Of a stretch of DNA of 64,000 nucleotides, positions 23,601-34,870 are shown piece after piece. Source of the stretch: Mobula hypostoma (Eukaryota); the NCBI RefSeq assembly GCF_963921235.1, contig NC_086107.1:86676001-86740000 (forward strand). The letters are read 5' to 3'. The position numbers and the translations under genes were made by a program. Position 1 is the stretch's first letter. Each line of letters opens with the position of its first letter. A model generated the notes under the pieces. That model was not told the origin of the DNA and made no database searches. It saw nothing but the letters and a program-made list of their open reading frames with translations.

Positions 23601-25814
23601 GGATGTTGACGTGTCCTGAAGGAGTAATTTATGGAGACAGGCTCAGCAGGTTCGACAATTTTCCTTGGAATGTCAGAGAATGCGTGGTGATATTATAGAG
23701 ATGTACAAAATGATGAGGGGCTGAGATGGGGTCCAAGAGCACAGCCTTTATGCCAGGGTTGGGAAATGAAGAACTGGAGGGCATCAGTTTCTGATGAGAG
23801 GGGAGAGATTTAATAGGAACCTGAAGGGCAACTTTTCCACCCAGAAGGGTGGTCAGTGTATGGAATGATCTGCCAGTAGAATTGGCTGCGACAGATATAT
23901 TAACATTAAGAAAGTACTTGGACAGATAGATGGAAAGGAAAGGTTTTAAAGGATATGGGCCATATGCTGGGAAATAGGACAAGCTGATGGGAGCCTTAGT
24001 CACTGTAGACCATTTGAGCTGAAGAGCTTGTTTTCCTGCTGTGTGAATTCGACTTTAAAACACGTAGACCCCATTTGATGATGTTACAGTTTTCTAAATG
24101 ATTTCATAGATTAGATTCCAGCATTTTGCCAACAACAGAAGGAAGTTAACAGTACTACAGCTACCTTCTTTTTTTCCTCCACCCTTCTTCAACAATACAG
24201 TCATATTTGAGGTTTTCCATTCCACTGAGATCTTCCTGGAATAGAATGATTTTTGACAAACTTCAGCTAATGTCTCCACTTTGTCTCCAAACCTTCGGCT
24301 GCAGATCATTGAGATCATGTGATGTTTGCTTTAGTTTTTCCTCGTGTTGGTGATTGTTCAATCCCTTTTCTCCTCCTCCTCCTCTCTTCTGCTGAGCATC
24401 GAATATCCTGGAATACTGAGTTCATAGTCTCTGACACCTGACAGATTGTGGTGTTTACATCCAAGGTTCTTTTAAAAGTCAGGCATGAATCATAAAATCA
24501 ATTGCTTCACAATTGTTTTATTCAAAATTGATAAAACAGGAACAGAACAGTGACAGTGGTCCACTGCTTGAAGAACAGAGAGAAACTAAAGATGGTGTCT
24601 AGCATAAAACAGCTACTTTTACACCCAGAGGTAAGGAAAATTCCATTTAAATCTATAGATAATAATAAACCAGTTAGAAATCACTTAGTTAATACCTCAG
24701 TAAAAATTAACCAACGAGAAAACACTTACTCAATGAAGTATAAAGAAGCTTCAGAACTATACCTTGTGTAGCCAGGAGAGGCATATTAAACTGTTGTGCA
24801 TATAAAGGCAGCTTAAAATATAAGCAGATAATTAATTGTTAAACTGCAAAGAAAATGACAATTAAAATTAGATAGTTGGATCCAACAGACTCTCAGCACC
24901 TGTGTGCTCAATTCACAGAGATAGCATATTCTGAAGCTCAGAGGTTTCTGGGTAAGAATGGTGCCATTGAAAGTGTTTACAAGCATTACTTTCTCTCTAC
25001 CAAATGGCACCAACTCAATCAATATGAAGAGAGCACTTAGTAGCCAGTTTAACACAGCAGATCTCAAGCAATATACTTGATGTCAGCAGGAATTGTGTGT
25101 GGCTCAGCAGTCAAAGTCAACCTAATTTTTTCTGCCAATCAGCTTCCAAATGTTGCTACTCAATCACTGTCACATTTCGCCCCCCCACCCCCACAGCTCC
25201 TCATCACATGCTCCTACCTCTACCACTGTCCAGAGCCCCAATCCCTGCCCTGTGCTGACCTGCCTCTGGTTTCTGATGCTGCTCCGCTGAACATCCAACA
25301 TATGGTTCTGCATTCTGCTTTCAGAATTTAGAGGACAGTAGTGTATTCTAACAACCCAGCTGTGTGAGACACAGCTCTAGAGCAGTGAAAATAACCCATA
25401 ACATTGAAATGAGCAGGGAATGAGGAGGTTAACTACCAATGTCATTCTCCCGCAGCCCAGAGATTTGAAAGACGAAGAACACATCAGACACAACTGCAGT
25501 CAGCTTGTCTTCTTCAGTCAGCAGGAAATTTTGCAGGAATTTCAAGGGAAACTCCTTCACCCACAGAGTGGTGACTGTTTGGAACCCATCATCACAGGGA
25601 GAACAAGAGGTGTACAGCAGGGATGGATTTAAAATGACTGTCATGGAATAGAAACACTGGCAGAGATCAGCTGGGCTGAGTTGACACCTTACTCTACACT
25701 GGGTGACCACTAGGTACCTGAGACAACAGTTTGAAATAGAACTGCTGTACTTGTCTCAGATCCAGATTAAACTGTAGTCCCATTCAAGGTGAACATATCC
25801 AGCATGCAGCTTAG

Positions 25815-26921
25815 TTAAACTTTTTCCCCAGTGTGAACTCGGTAGTGCGCCACAAGGTTGCATGACTGAGTGAATCTCTTCCCACATTCAGAGCAGGTGA
25901 ACGGTCTCTCCCCAGTGTGAAGTCGGTAGTGTGCCACAAGGGTAGATGACTGAGAGAATCCCTTCCCACATTCAGAGCAGGTGAACGGCCTTTCACCAGT
26001 GTGAACTCGGTAGTGCACCTCAAGGGTGGATGACTGAGTGAATCCCTTCCCACATTCAGAGCAGGTGAAAGGTCTCTCCCCAGTGTGCACTCGGTAGTGA
26101 GCCACAAGGTGGGATGACTGAGTGAATCCCTTCCCACATTCAGAGCAGGTGAATGGCCTCTCCCCAGTGTGAACTCGCTGATGTAGCTTCAGTTGAGATG
26201 TCTGACTGAATCCCTTCCCACAGTCTAAACAAGTGAACAGTTTCTCCCCAGTGTGAATTGACTGGTGTGCCAGTAGATGAGATGACCGAGAGAATCCCTT
26301 CCCACAGTCTGAGCAGGTGAACGGCCTCTCCCCAGTATGAACTCGCTGGTGTACCTTCAGTTGAAATGACCGAGGAAATCCCTTCCCACAGTCTGAGCAG
26401 ATGAACGGCCTCTCCCCAGTGTGAACTGACTGGTGTGTCTGTAGGTGAGATGAGTGACTGAATCCCTTCCCACACACGGAACAGATGAATGGCTTCTCTC
26501 CCGTATGGACTCGCTGGTGTGTCTGTAGGTGGTATGACCGAGTAAATCCCTTCCCACATTCAGAACAGGTGAAAGGCGTTTCCCCAGTGTGAACTCGCTG
26601 GTGTGTCTTCAGGTGGGATAACTGAGTGAATCCTTTCCCACATTCACAGCAGATGAATGGCCTCTCTCCAGTGTGAACTGACTGGTGTGCCAGTAGGTGA
26701 GATGATCGACTGAATCCCTTCCCACATTCAGAGCAGGTGAACGGCCTCTCCCCAGTGTGAATTGACTGGTGTGCCAGGAGGTGAGATGACCGAGAGAATC
26801 CCTTCCCACAGTCTGAGCAGTTGAATGGTCTCTCCCCAGTGTGAACTTGCTGGTGTACTCTCAGTTGAGACAACTGAGTGAATCCCTTCCCACACTCGGA
26901 GCAGGAAAACTGCATCTCCAT
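25815..26921 (-). CDS. C2H2 (Kruppel-type) zinc-finger protein with 13 tandem fingers and no recognisable effector domain
   Basis: 13 repeats of F-x-C-x2-C-GKxF-x5-L-x2-H-x3-H with TGE(R/K)P-type linkers. First in-frame ATG at 26921 (368 aa). The frame is closed upstream by a TGA. Confidence 0.9.
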   Translation of the reverse strand: MEMQFSCSECGKGFTQLSQLRVHQQVHTGERPFNCSDCGKGFSRSSHLLAHQSIHTGERPFTCSECGKGFSRSSHLLAHQSVHTGERPFICCECGKGFTQLSHLKTHQRVHTGETPFTCSECGKGFTRSYHLQTHQRVHTGEKPFICSVCGKGFSHSSHLQTHQSVHTGERPFICSDCGKGFPRSFQLKVHQRVHTGERPFTCSDCGKGFSRSSHLLAHQSIHTGEKLFTCLDCGKGFSQTSQLKLHQRVHTGERPFTCSECGKGFTQSSHLVAHYRVHTGERPFTCSECGKGFTQSSTLEVHYRVHTGERPFTCSECGKGFSQSSTLVAHYRLHTGERPFTCSECGKRFTQSCNLVAHYRVHTGEKV

Positions 26922-27608
26922 AATACGAACTGACTGGTGTGTCTCTAGATGGAATGACTGAGGGAATCCCTTCACATATTCAGAGCATATATACAGCTTC
27001 TTTTGAGTTTGGACTCACTTGTGTGTCAGCAGTTCAGATGACCGAGCAAACCTCTCCTACAGATGGAGCAGGTGAATGGCCTGCAGGTCAAAGCTGTGAA
27101 TATCCTGAAGGATCTTCGGCTTATATGACAGAATGAATCGTTTACCACAGACAGAAGAGGTGAACCATCTCACTACGGTATGAACGTGTTGATGTATCTT
27201 CAGGCTGGATGACTGATTAGATCCCTCCCAAGCACAGCGCAGGTGAATGGCCTCTCCCCGTTGTGAATTCACTGGTGTATCTGTGGGTCGGCTGAGTGAG
27301 AATTGCTCCCCACACGTGTGAGAAAAGGAGAATGATATCTCCCTGTGATCAATTCATAAAGTCAGATGTCACACGTACTGAATCCCTCACACAACTGATG
27401 CAGTTGAAGACCTGATCTCTGCTGGTGTGCTCTCAGCACCTGGTTCTTGTAGATTTCACTGAATTACAACAGAAGACTTCATTTCAGAGTCAAAGCACGT
27501 TTACATCCTCATCTCCAAGGATCAACAACAGATATATTGGTGTTACAAGGGAAATATCTGTGGTTGTGCGTGAGATTCCCGTGCACAAATTCTTTGCCGT
27601 TTCTAACC
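26922..27608 (-). other. 5' part of the ZNF exon containing degenerate, out-of-frame fingers; candidate splice acceptor at 27608/27609
   Basis: Broken fingers ('PFTCSIC', 'ELLTHK*V', 'FTSSVCGKRF'). Minus strand 'ctttttacag|gttagaaac'. Confidence 0.6.
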
Positions 27609-28419
27609 TGTAAAAAGATTTACAAAAGACATCGATGGGTGAAGGACAGCATTTCAGATGAGATCATTGTTGTCTTGATGATGAGCTCTGCCATCACACT
27701 GTTACAGCGAGGTTCAACCCAAGTCAGAAGAACGACTCCTCCCCTAACTCGACCCGGATCAGGCATCTGGACTGATCATCAAATTCTCTATTTTTCTGTG
27801 TGGATCATAATGAACCATTTCTGCCCACAATCAATCTGTGCTTAGCTCAGATTGTCTCTCTCCATCAGTATTATTTCAAGTTCTGGTCATGCCCTACAGC
27901 GCTACAAAGAGCTCATGATGTTACATGGCTGATCCCGGAGACCTTTCAATTATTCTGACACACCCCAGGTGATTGATGGTAGTAAAGTCATCGATGGCAA
28001 TGCCAATTAATATGAAGGGGAGGGCAGTAGCCTTCCTCATTGGATTGTGGCATTTTTGTGATGTGAAAGCCACAGGCCACTTGTTACCCAGGACAAAGGA
28101 TTTTTCATCAGCATCAGAATCAGGTTTATTATCACCAGCATGTGTCGTGAAATTTGATAACTTTATCTACCCAGAGAGAATGGCAGAAGACATATTCTCA
28201 CAGGTAGAAAAGTCCAGAACAAGAGGAGGTAGAACAAAGGTGAGGTTTTCAAGAACTCAATTATTTGTTCTTTTTTCGTATGCATTTTCATGAAGGGGTT
28301 ATTTTTCGCATTGACATTTTCATTGACTGAAAGGTAGACTCTTCATCCGAGAATAACTCGGGACTATATTGTTGTTCTGAGTTCCTAATACTTGGATTTA
28401 GAGAGCTGGAGCTCGGCAG

Positions 28420-28930
28420 TGGCTGAGAGTTCCATCCTCTGGTGCTTCTAAACTACGGACTGGCGGGAAAGCGGTGGCAGTGTCATCTATGGCTGCCTCT
28501 TTACCCAGAAACCCCCACGAAGCAGAGACCCATCTATCCGCCACAGTCCCAGCGATGCGCTGCAAAATGGCGCCAGCAGCTTCGCTCATCAGCAGAAAGC
28601 TCCCCGGCGTCCGGGTACGGGACGTGGGGCTGGGAGGGGGAAAGGACCGGGAATATCATGGGTTTGCGGTGCATGGTATGTCCGAAGCTGGCAACAATTA
28701 TCCCCCAGTCGCGGTGCGAAAACCGGTACCGACGCATCTCCACGGGAACCTCATTCCTACCTGCAGCCGATGCTCCAGAGCCTTTTGTCCACGGAGCGCA
28801 TGCGCGATATTCCGGAACATCACCGACCTTGACGCCTGCGCATTTGATCGCTGGGTCACTGACGGCGACTTCTGAGGGTCGGAGGTTTCTGGGTAAACAG
28901 GATGCCATTAACAGTGTCGGCAAATACCGG
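28420..28930. promoter_or_regulatory. CpG-rich island, probable ZNF promoter/first exon with a YY1-like motif
   Basis: High CpG density relative to flanks. AAAATGGCG at 28564-28572 (YY1 core). Candidate donor G|GTAAAG on the minus strand at 28505/28504. Confidence 0.6.
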
Positions 28931-28931
28931 T

Positions 28932-29064
28932 AAACAACAGGAATTCTGCAGATGCTGGAAATTCAAGCAACATACATCAAAGTTGCTGGTGAACGCAGCA
29001 GGCCAAGCAGCATCTATAGGAAGAGGCGCAGTCGACGTTTCAGGCCGAGACCCTTCGTCAGGAC
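28932..29064 (-). mobile_element. Young Penelope-tail-type short retroposon with a 9-bp TSD
   Basis: Same family as 13541-13633. AATACCGGT duplicated at 28923-28931 and 29065-29073. Confidence 0.8.
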
Positions 29065-29419
29065 AATACCGGTTCCCATACTATGCCTCAAAAACAGTTA
29101 ATGTGTTTATGAAGAAAATTGAGCAGCTACTTTAACTCAACAAGCTCCTACATACAATAAACTCAACATCAACAGGCATTTCGGGTATCAACTGTCAAAA
29201 TCCCTCCGATTTACAAAAACAGATATAAAACACAACAGACTCTACAGATATTGGAAATACAGAGCAACACACACGAAGTGCTGGAGGAACTCAGCAGGTC
29301 AGGCAGCAACCTAAGCTGAGGAATAAATAGAAAAAGGATTTGGCCCAAAATGTCGACAGTTTATTCCTCTCTATAGATGCTGCCCGACCAGCTGAATTCC
29401 TCCAGCATTTGAAGAATAA

Positions 29420-32070
29420 ACATTTTTTTCAGTCAATCAGTTTTCAAATGTTGTTGATCTTTTATTTGTAGCCACATCCTCCTGGTCTGATTCCCTCCTC
29501 CTCCTTCCTGTAAACTCTAGCCCCCACCCCGTTCTGGAGCCCCGAAGCCCTGACTTATGCTGGCTCTTCTTTGGTTTCTGACCCTGCTGCATCGAAGATT
29601 TACCTACCATTCTGGTCTCATAATTTAGTGGAGAGTACTGTATTTAAACAACCCAGCCGTGTGAAGCACAGCCCTTTGAAATCAGTAAAAATGACCCACA
29701 ATGTTGAAAAAAACAGGGGAAAAGGAGCTTAACCACCCATGATATTCTTCTTTGGCTGAGAGCCCTGAATGTATGGGTCAAAACCCCAGTGAGCTCATCA
29801 TCTGATTCATTCTGGTGAAAAACATGCAGGAAATTCAAGGGAAACCTCTTCACCCACAGAGTTAATGACCAGTAGTGACCTGTCATCACGGAGGTGAGAG
29901 GTGAACTGTCATAATGGGGGGGGGGGCATTGGGAACAAGGGTGCAAGACACAGACACTGAAGTACTAGGGACAGGACTAGGATACAGGGTGACAGCAAGG
30001 TCATGGACACCAAAACCGGGAACCCGGAACAGGACTGGACAAGAGAGCTAGGAGCCCGGGCTTGGACTATGAGCCAAAGACTGGACAAGGACCCAGTACC
30101 TAGGTCTTGCCTCTGGCTCGGACCCCAGAACTAGGCAAGGACGAGGCTTGGCTGGCAGGCAGGATGAGGCTGGAGTCTAAAGGCTTGAGGCTAGAGGCTA
30201 GAGACTCAAGGCGAAGCTTGGCAGGAGGCTGGAGTCTAAAGACTCGAGGCGAGGCTCGGCAGGAGGCTGGAGTCTTCAGGCTTGAGGCTAGAGACTCGAG
30301 GCGAAGCTTGGCAGGAGGCAGGAGGCTGGAGTCTTCAGGCTAGAGGCTAGAGACTTGAGGCGAGGCTTGGCAGGAGGCTGGAGACTTGAGGCTAGAGACT
30401 TGAGGCGAGGCTTGGCAGGAGGCTAGAGGCTATAGACTTGAGGCGAGGCTTGGCAGGAGGAGGGAGGCTCCTCCTGGGCAGGGCCCAGTACTCCTGGGCA
30501 GGCCGCGGATCACCACGCGACGGAGGCAAGGGACAGGAAGGGACAGAACCAGCTGCAGGGTAATGGCAAGACAGCCTGACTTACCCGGCAGAGGCAAGGG
30601 ACAGGAATGGAGCTAGGTACGGGGTGGATCCAGGACCAGACTGAAGGCGAGGCGAGGCGAGAGTTACCAGCAAGACCAGGCAAGGCTTCAGGCGAGGAAA
30701 CAGAAGGCAGAGGAAGGGATACAAGGAGTAAGGAAGAGAACAATCCAGCAGCCACGCCCTGGTCTCTGGAGGTATTTATGCAGCCAGCCCCAACGAGCAT
30801 CAGCTGCCTCAATTAGAGCTCAACAAGAACAGAAACAGGGTAGACAGGAAAAGCTGGTGCAAGGGTCGATGGACCGTAGCCTGAACCGGAATATGGACTT
30901 CATGGACCGGACCATGACATGAACAGCAGGAATGGATTTTTAAAGGGAATATGGAACAGAAACAGAAACAGTGACAAGCTGGACTGACTGGCCTCTCTAC
31001 TGTACATCGGGTGTATGACAGACAGGAAGCACCTAAGAGACAGGATTTGAAACAGAACTGGTCCACAATATTAAACACCAGGTTAATTTAAGGCTGACAG
31101 CAACGGAACAAACCCCTCCAATGGTCAGTGACCAGGGTTCAGTCCTGGGTGTGATGAGCAGCCTCAAGAACTGCAGAATCTGCCATTGACAACCGGTCAG
31201 GAACTTGCTACTGGATTCACTCACTGTGATGGTCACAAATGTTAACATACACCTTATTTGAACTTCCTCCCCGATTTGAAGTTGCTGGTGGGATCATTGT
31301 GTAAATCTTTTTGCTGACTCAGAACAGAAATGTGACCTCAATTATTTCAAAGTCCCTGAAGCATCATAAGGTGGTATTACTGAATGAATCCCTTCCCATA
31401 TTTGGAACAGGTGTACAGCTACTCCCCTGCATGATCTGGCTGGTGTTTCCTTCACTCGAGTAACTGAATGAATCCTTTCCCACACTTGGAATAGATGAAT
31501 GGCCTCTCCCCAGTGTGAACTCTCTGGTGTTTCTACAGGTGCAGTAGCCTAGTGAATCCCATACAAAATGAGAGCTAGTGAATGACATCTCACTGTTACC
31601 AACTCTACAGCAATTTATCAGGTCACATCACTGAAGTGCACACATATTCTGGTTCTCTTTGCTGCGACTGGTGTGATGTCTTCTCAAGGATCTCCTCCTC
31701 CACATTCATGGATCAGTGGCATTCAAGTGCTGGTGAACTGACAGAGCAGAAATGACATGCTGTTGTGTTTCAGATACCTATACACAAAATCCTTTGCTTT
31801 ATCTACCCTATAGAAAGTGTGCAAAGGACGTCAATGCATGAAAGACAACATCTCATCAAGATAATTTTAGTTTTTATGGTGACCTCTGATATCACACTTT
31901 TACAGCGAGGTCCAACACAATTTGGAGGAAGAACACTTCATCTTCTAAGTGGACATAGTTCAGGCATCAGGACACAACATCAAATTCTCTGTATCAGAAT
32001 GGATTATTTCTGCTCTTCATCAATCTGTGATGGCTCAGTTTGCCTCTCTCCATCAGTAGGGAAGGAGCAG
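29420..32070 (-). pseudogene. Decayed paralogue of the ZNF gene (3' UTR, finger remnants, exon 5' end and intron)
   Basis: Finger remnants at 31370-31560. 31765-32060 aligns by eye with 27568-27870. 29620-29900 and 30920-31090 align with 25330-25790. Confidence 0.75.
29907..30919 (-). mobile_element. Solo LTR (Gypsy-like) with internal tandem repeats and a 5-bp TSD
   Basis: TGTCAT...ATGACA termini. TGAAC duplicated at 29902-29906 and 30920-30924. Minus-strand ATAAATA at ~30773. Repeats 'gaggcgaggcttggcaggaggct' at 30140-30460. Confidence 0.8.
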
Positions 32071-33475
32071 GACTGTGACTGCAATCCTCCTTGTTGGTTT
32101 AAACTGCTTGCATCTTCCTGTGTCCGCATCGGAGTTACCGGAGCTGTCAGTGGAAGGATTGACGGGATAAACAGATCAAATAAAATGATTCCAACTCTCT
32201 GAAAGGACAAGGAACAATACAGCAGCAGGAACATTGGGTCCACCACGTTGTGCTGAGCATATTGTCAATCTAAGCCAATTCCATCTGCCTGTGCATGGTG
32301 TTATAAGGATCTACCCCTTAGTAATAATGATCTGAGAGAGACAGAGAATCTGCATTTAATGACAAGTAACCTTTATTGTCTCAACTAAAATGTAAGTGGG
32401 TTCACAAACTAACCATGTACACACCCAATAAAATTCCCTGACCCACCATGCACAGTCAATGAAGAGAAAAGGTATTTCGCAGGAAAGGAGTCCATGCTGG
32501 CCAGGCATTCCGCATGGTCCCAGTCTCCACGTGTCTGTGTGATGGTTGCTCTCTGGGTGCTGTTACTAATTTGGAGCTCCTGCCTCCTACAGTTGAGCTG
32601 TTGGATCTCCATCCCATTGGCTCAAGGTCACCTGTTTACTGGCTCTGGACCAGGGCTACAATCCACATTGTTCTATGTTTTCTACCCCCCCCAGCCTCGT
32701 GCCTTTGTGCCTTTCAACTCTGAGTGGGTCAAACTAGTTAAATTAGGTGACCCAGTCATTCAATCTAATGAGATTACAGGTTGCTTCTCCTGTAAACCTG
32801 TCACTTTACATAATAAATGGCTACTCATCTAAGAATGCTCTCCGGTTTAGCCAGTCATTAGCTGAAGCTCCTTGTGTCCACATTCCATTGCTCTGATTGG
32901 ATTATCCCAAAGCAAGAATCAATTCAGAGTTCACAAATTTGGGGGAAACAAAGACAATTGGATTGGCTACTTCCACTGTCCTTGATTCATCTGAATACAC
33001 TGATTTGTAGGCTGTAGTTCTTTCTGGCCAGCAATGGGCTATATTCATCCAATACCCGCTGTCTAAATGCCTCTGAAACACTGCTGATCCTCCTTCCACC
33101 AATTCACTTAGAAGCCCACTGCAGGCAACTATCGGACTCTGTGTAAATAAAATTTGACACTACACATCGCCTTTAAACTTTACCAACTCTGGCAGTAAAT
33201 ATATACACTTTAATTTGAACGTTACTACACTGGGTACAAAGCTACTCCCCTACCAAAACCTCCCATAATCTTCTATATTTCTAGTAGTTCACCTGTCAGC
33301 CTCTGATGCTCCAGAGGAAACATATCATATTTGTCCAAGCACGATGGATGGCTAATACATTACAAACCAGTCGGCATCCTGGACAACTTCATCTGCACCC
33401 TATCCAAAGGCTCCAAATTCTTACTGCAAAGTGGCCATCAGACATACACTCACTTCCTGGCACTGTAGATGCTAT

Positions 33476-34870
33476 GTGATTGAAATCATCACCAGCTCTG
33501 GGATTTCATTTTGTGTTGCAGGTGCCTCATTTGGGATTACGTGGATTGTTAAACTCTCTTTGTATTCATTACTTTCATTCAATTTGGGGTTATTGAATTA
33601 GAAAGGGGTTTTCAATGTCTTGCATTGTAATTGTTTTTGTGGGTTATTGCTGCATCTTGACACTGGGGCTGTCTGATTGGTCCTGAATTCCTACGTGCTC
33701 CAAGATGTACTTCAGGGTGGGTATGCCAACTTCTCTTTGCTTTGTCATTATGAATCCTTGTCTGGTGAAACTCCAGTCAAGTTCTTCTGTGTATCCTGAT
33801 TTCAATTCATCAAGTTTGCATAAATTCTTGTTAGCTTAGCTGGTAATTTCGGTAATAAATTATTTGTTTCATTTGAATTTCCGGTATATGGGATTCCTGC
33901 GAGAGAATGAGAGAGAGATTGTGTTTTAATATTTTAATTATATTTCTGTAATTTTTTAATCTATGTTGTTTGATTAAGCATTTTTGTTTGCTTAAATTAT
34001 TAATTATGGGTTATATGTAAGTTTGGTAATGGTCTTAATGATACACTAAGAGTTCATTTAGTTTGTGCAATTTTACAAGAAAGCATTCAAGAACAGCTCC
34101 TAACTGAAGCACAGCTTACATTTAAGTGAGCAGTGGAAATCGTTGTTTCAATTGAAACCACAGACAAAGATGCAAGTGAGTTGCAGTCAGGAATGAAAGT
34201 GACCATGAACAAAATTATCATCTAAACTTAAACCTGCCTGGATGAACAAATTGTGTTACCATTGTGGTAGGGGCTCGCATACACCAAATTAATGTAGATT
34301 TAAAGGAACTTGCAGAAAATGCAACAAACAAGGACACAAACAAAGAGCATATCGGGTAGACAAAAATAAGCACAGAGAAGAGAAAAGGATAAAAAGTCAA
34401 GTTGCAGTTTCGAAGAGAGCACTAATCTGCACGCTGTTGATAAATCTGATGACGAGCGTCACATGGAACTATGTAGCCTTGAAATTTACATTGTGTGAAT
34501 TAATAATAGACAAGAAATATGGCTTATGCCAGAAATGAACAGCAAATTAATTACCTGTTTCAGTCATTCCACAAAATGAGTTTGAATGCCATTTCAAAGA
34601 TACTAAACTGAAGCTTACGGATATTCAGCTAAGAGCTTATATTGGAGGAAAGATGACTCCTGTGGGAATGACATTCGTGACAGTGAAATACAGCAACCAC
34701 TTGATCTTGCATGTGGTAAAAACAGGAGGACCAGCATTGTGGGGACATGATTGGCTGAGACAACTACAATTTGATTGGAGATCCATTCACCAATTGTTAA
34801 CACATCGACTGCAATGAAACCAACTGAAAGGGATTTAAGGAATGTACTGGATGATGCCACAACTGTCTCC
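33476..34870 (+). mobile_element. Degenerate Ty3/Gypsy gag-protease fragment
   Basis: Protease C-terminal motif 'GGPALWGHDWLRQLQFDW' (~34727-34780) after an A-rich gag-like stretch. Boundaries are approximate. Confidence 0.55.

Noticed and set aside
28442-28933. Overlapping 129-163-aa ORFs in the CpG island
   Set aside because: Expected in GC-rich promoter DNA; no recognisable domain.
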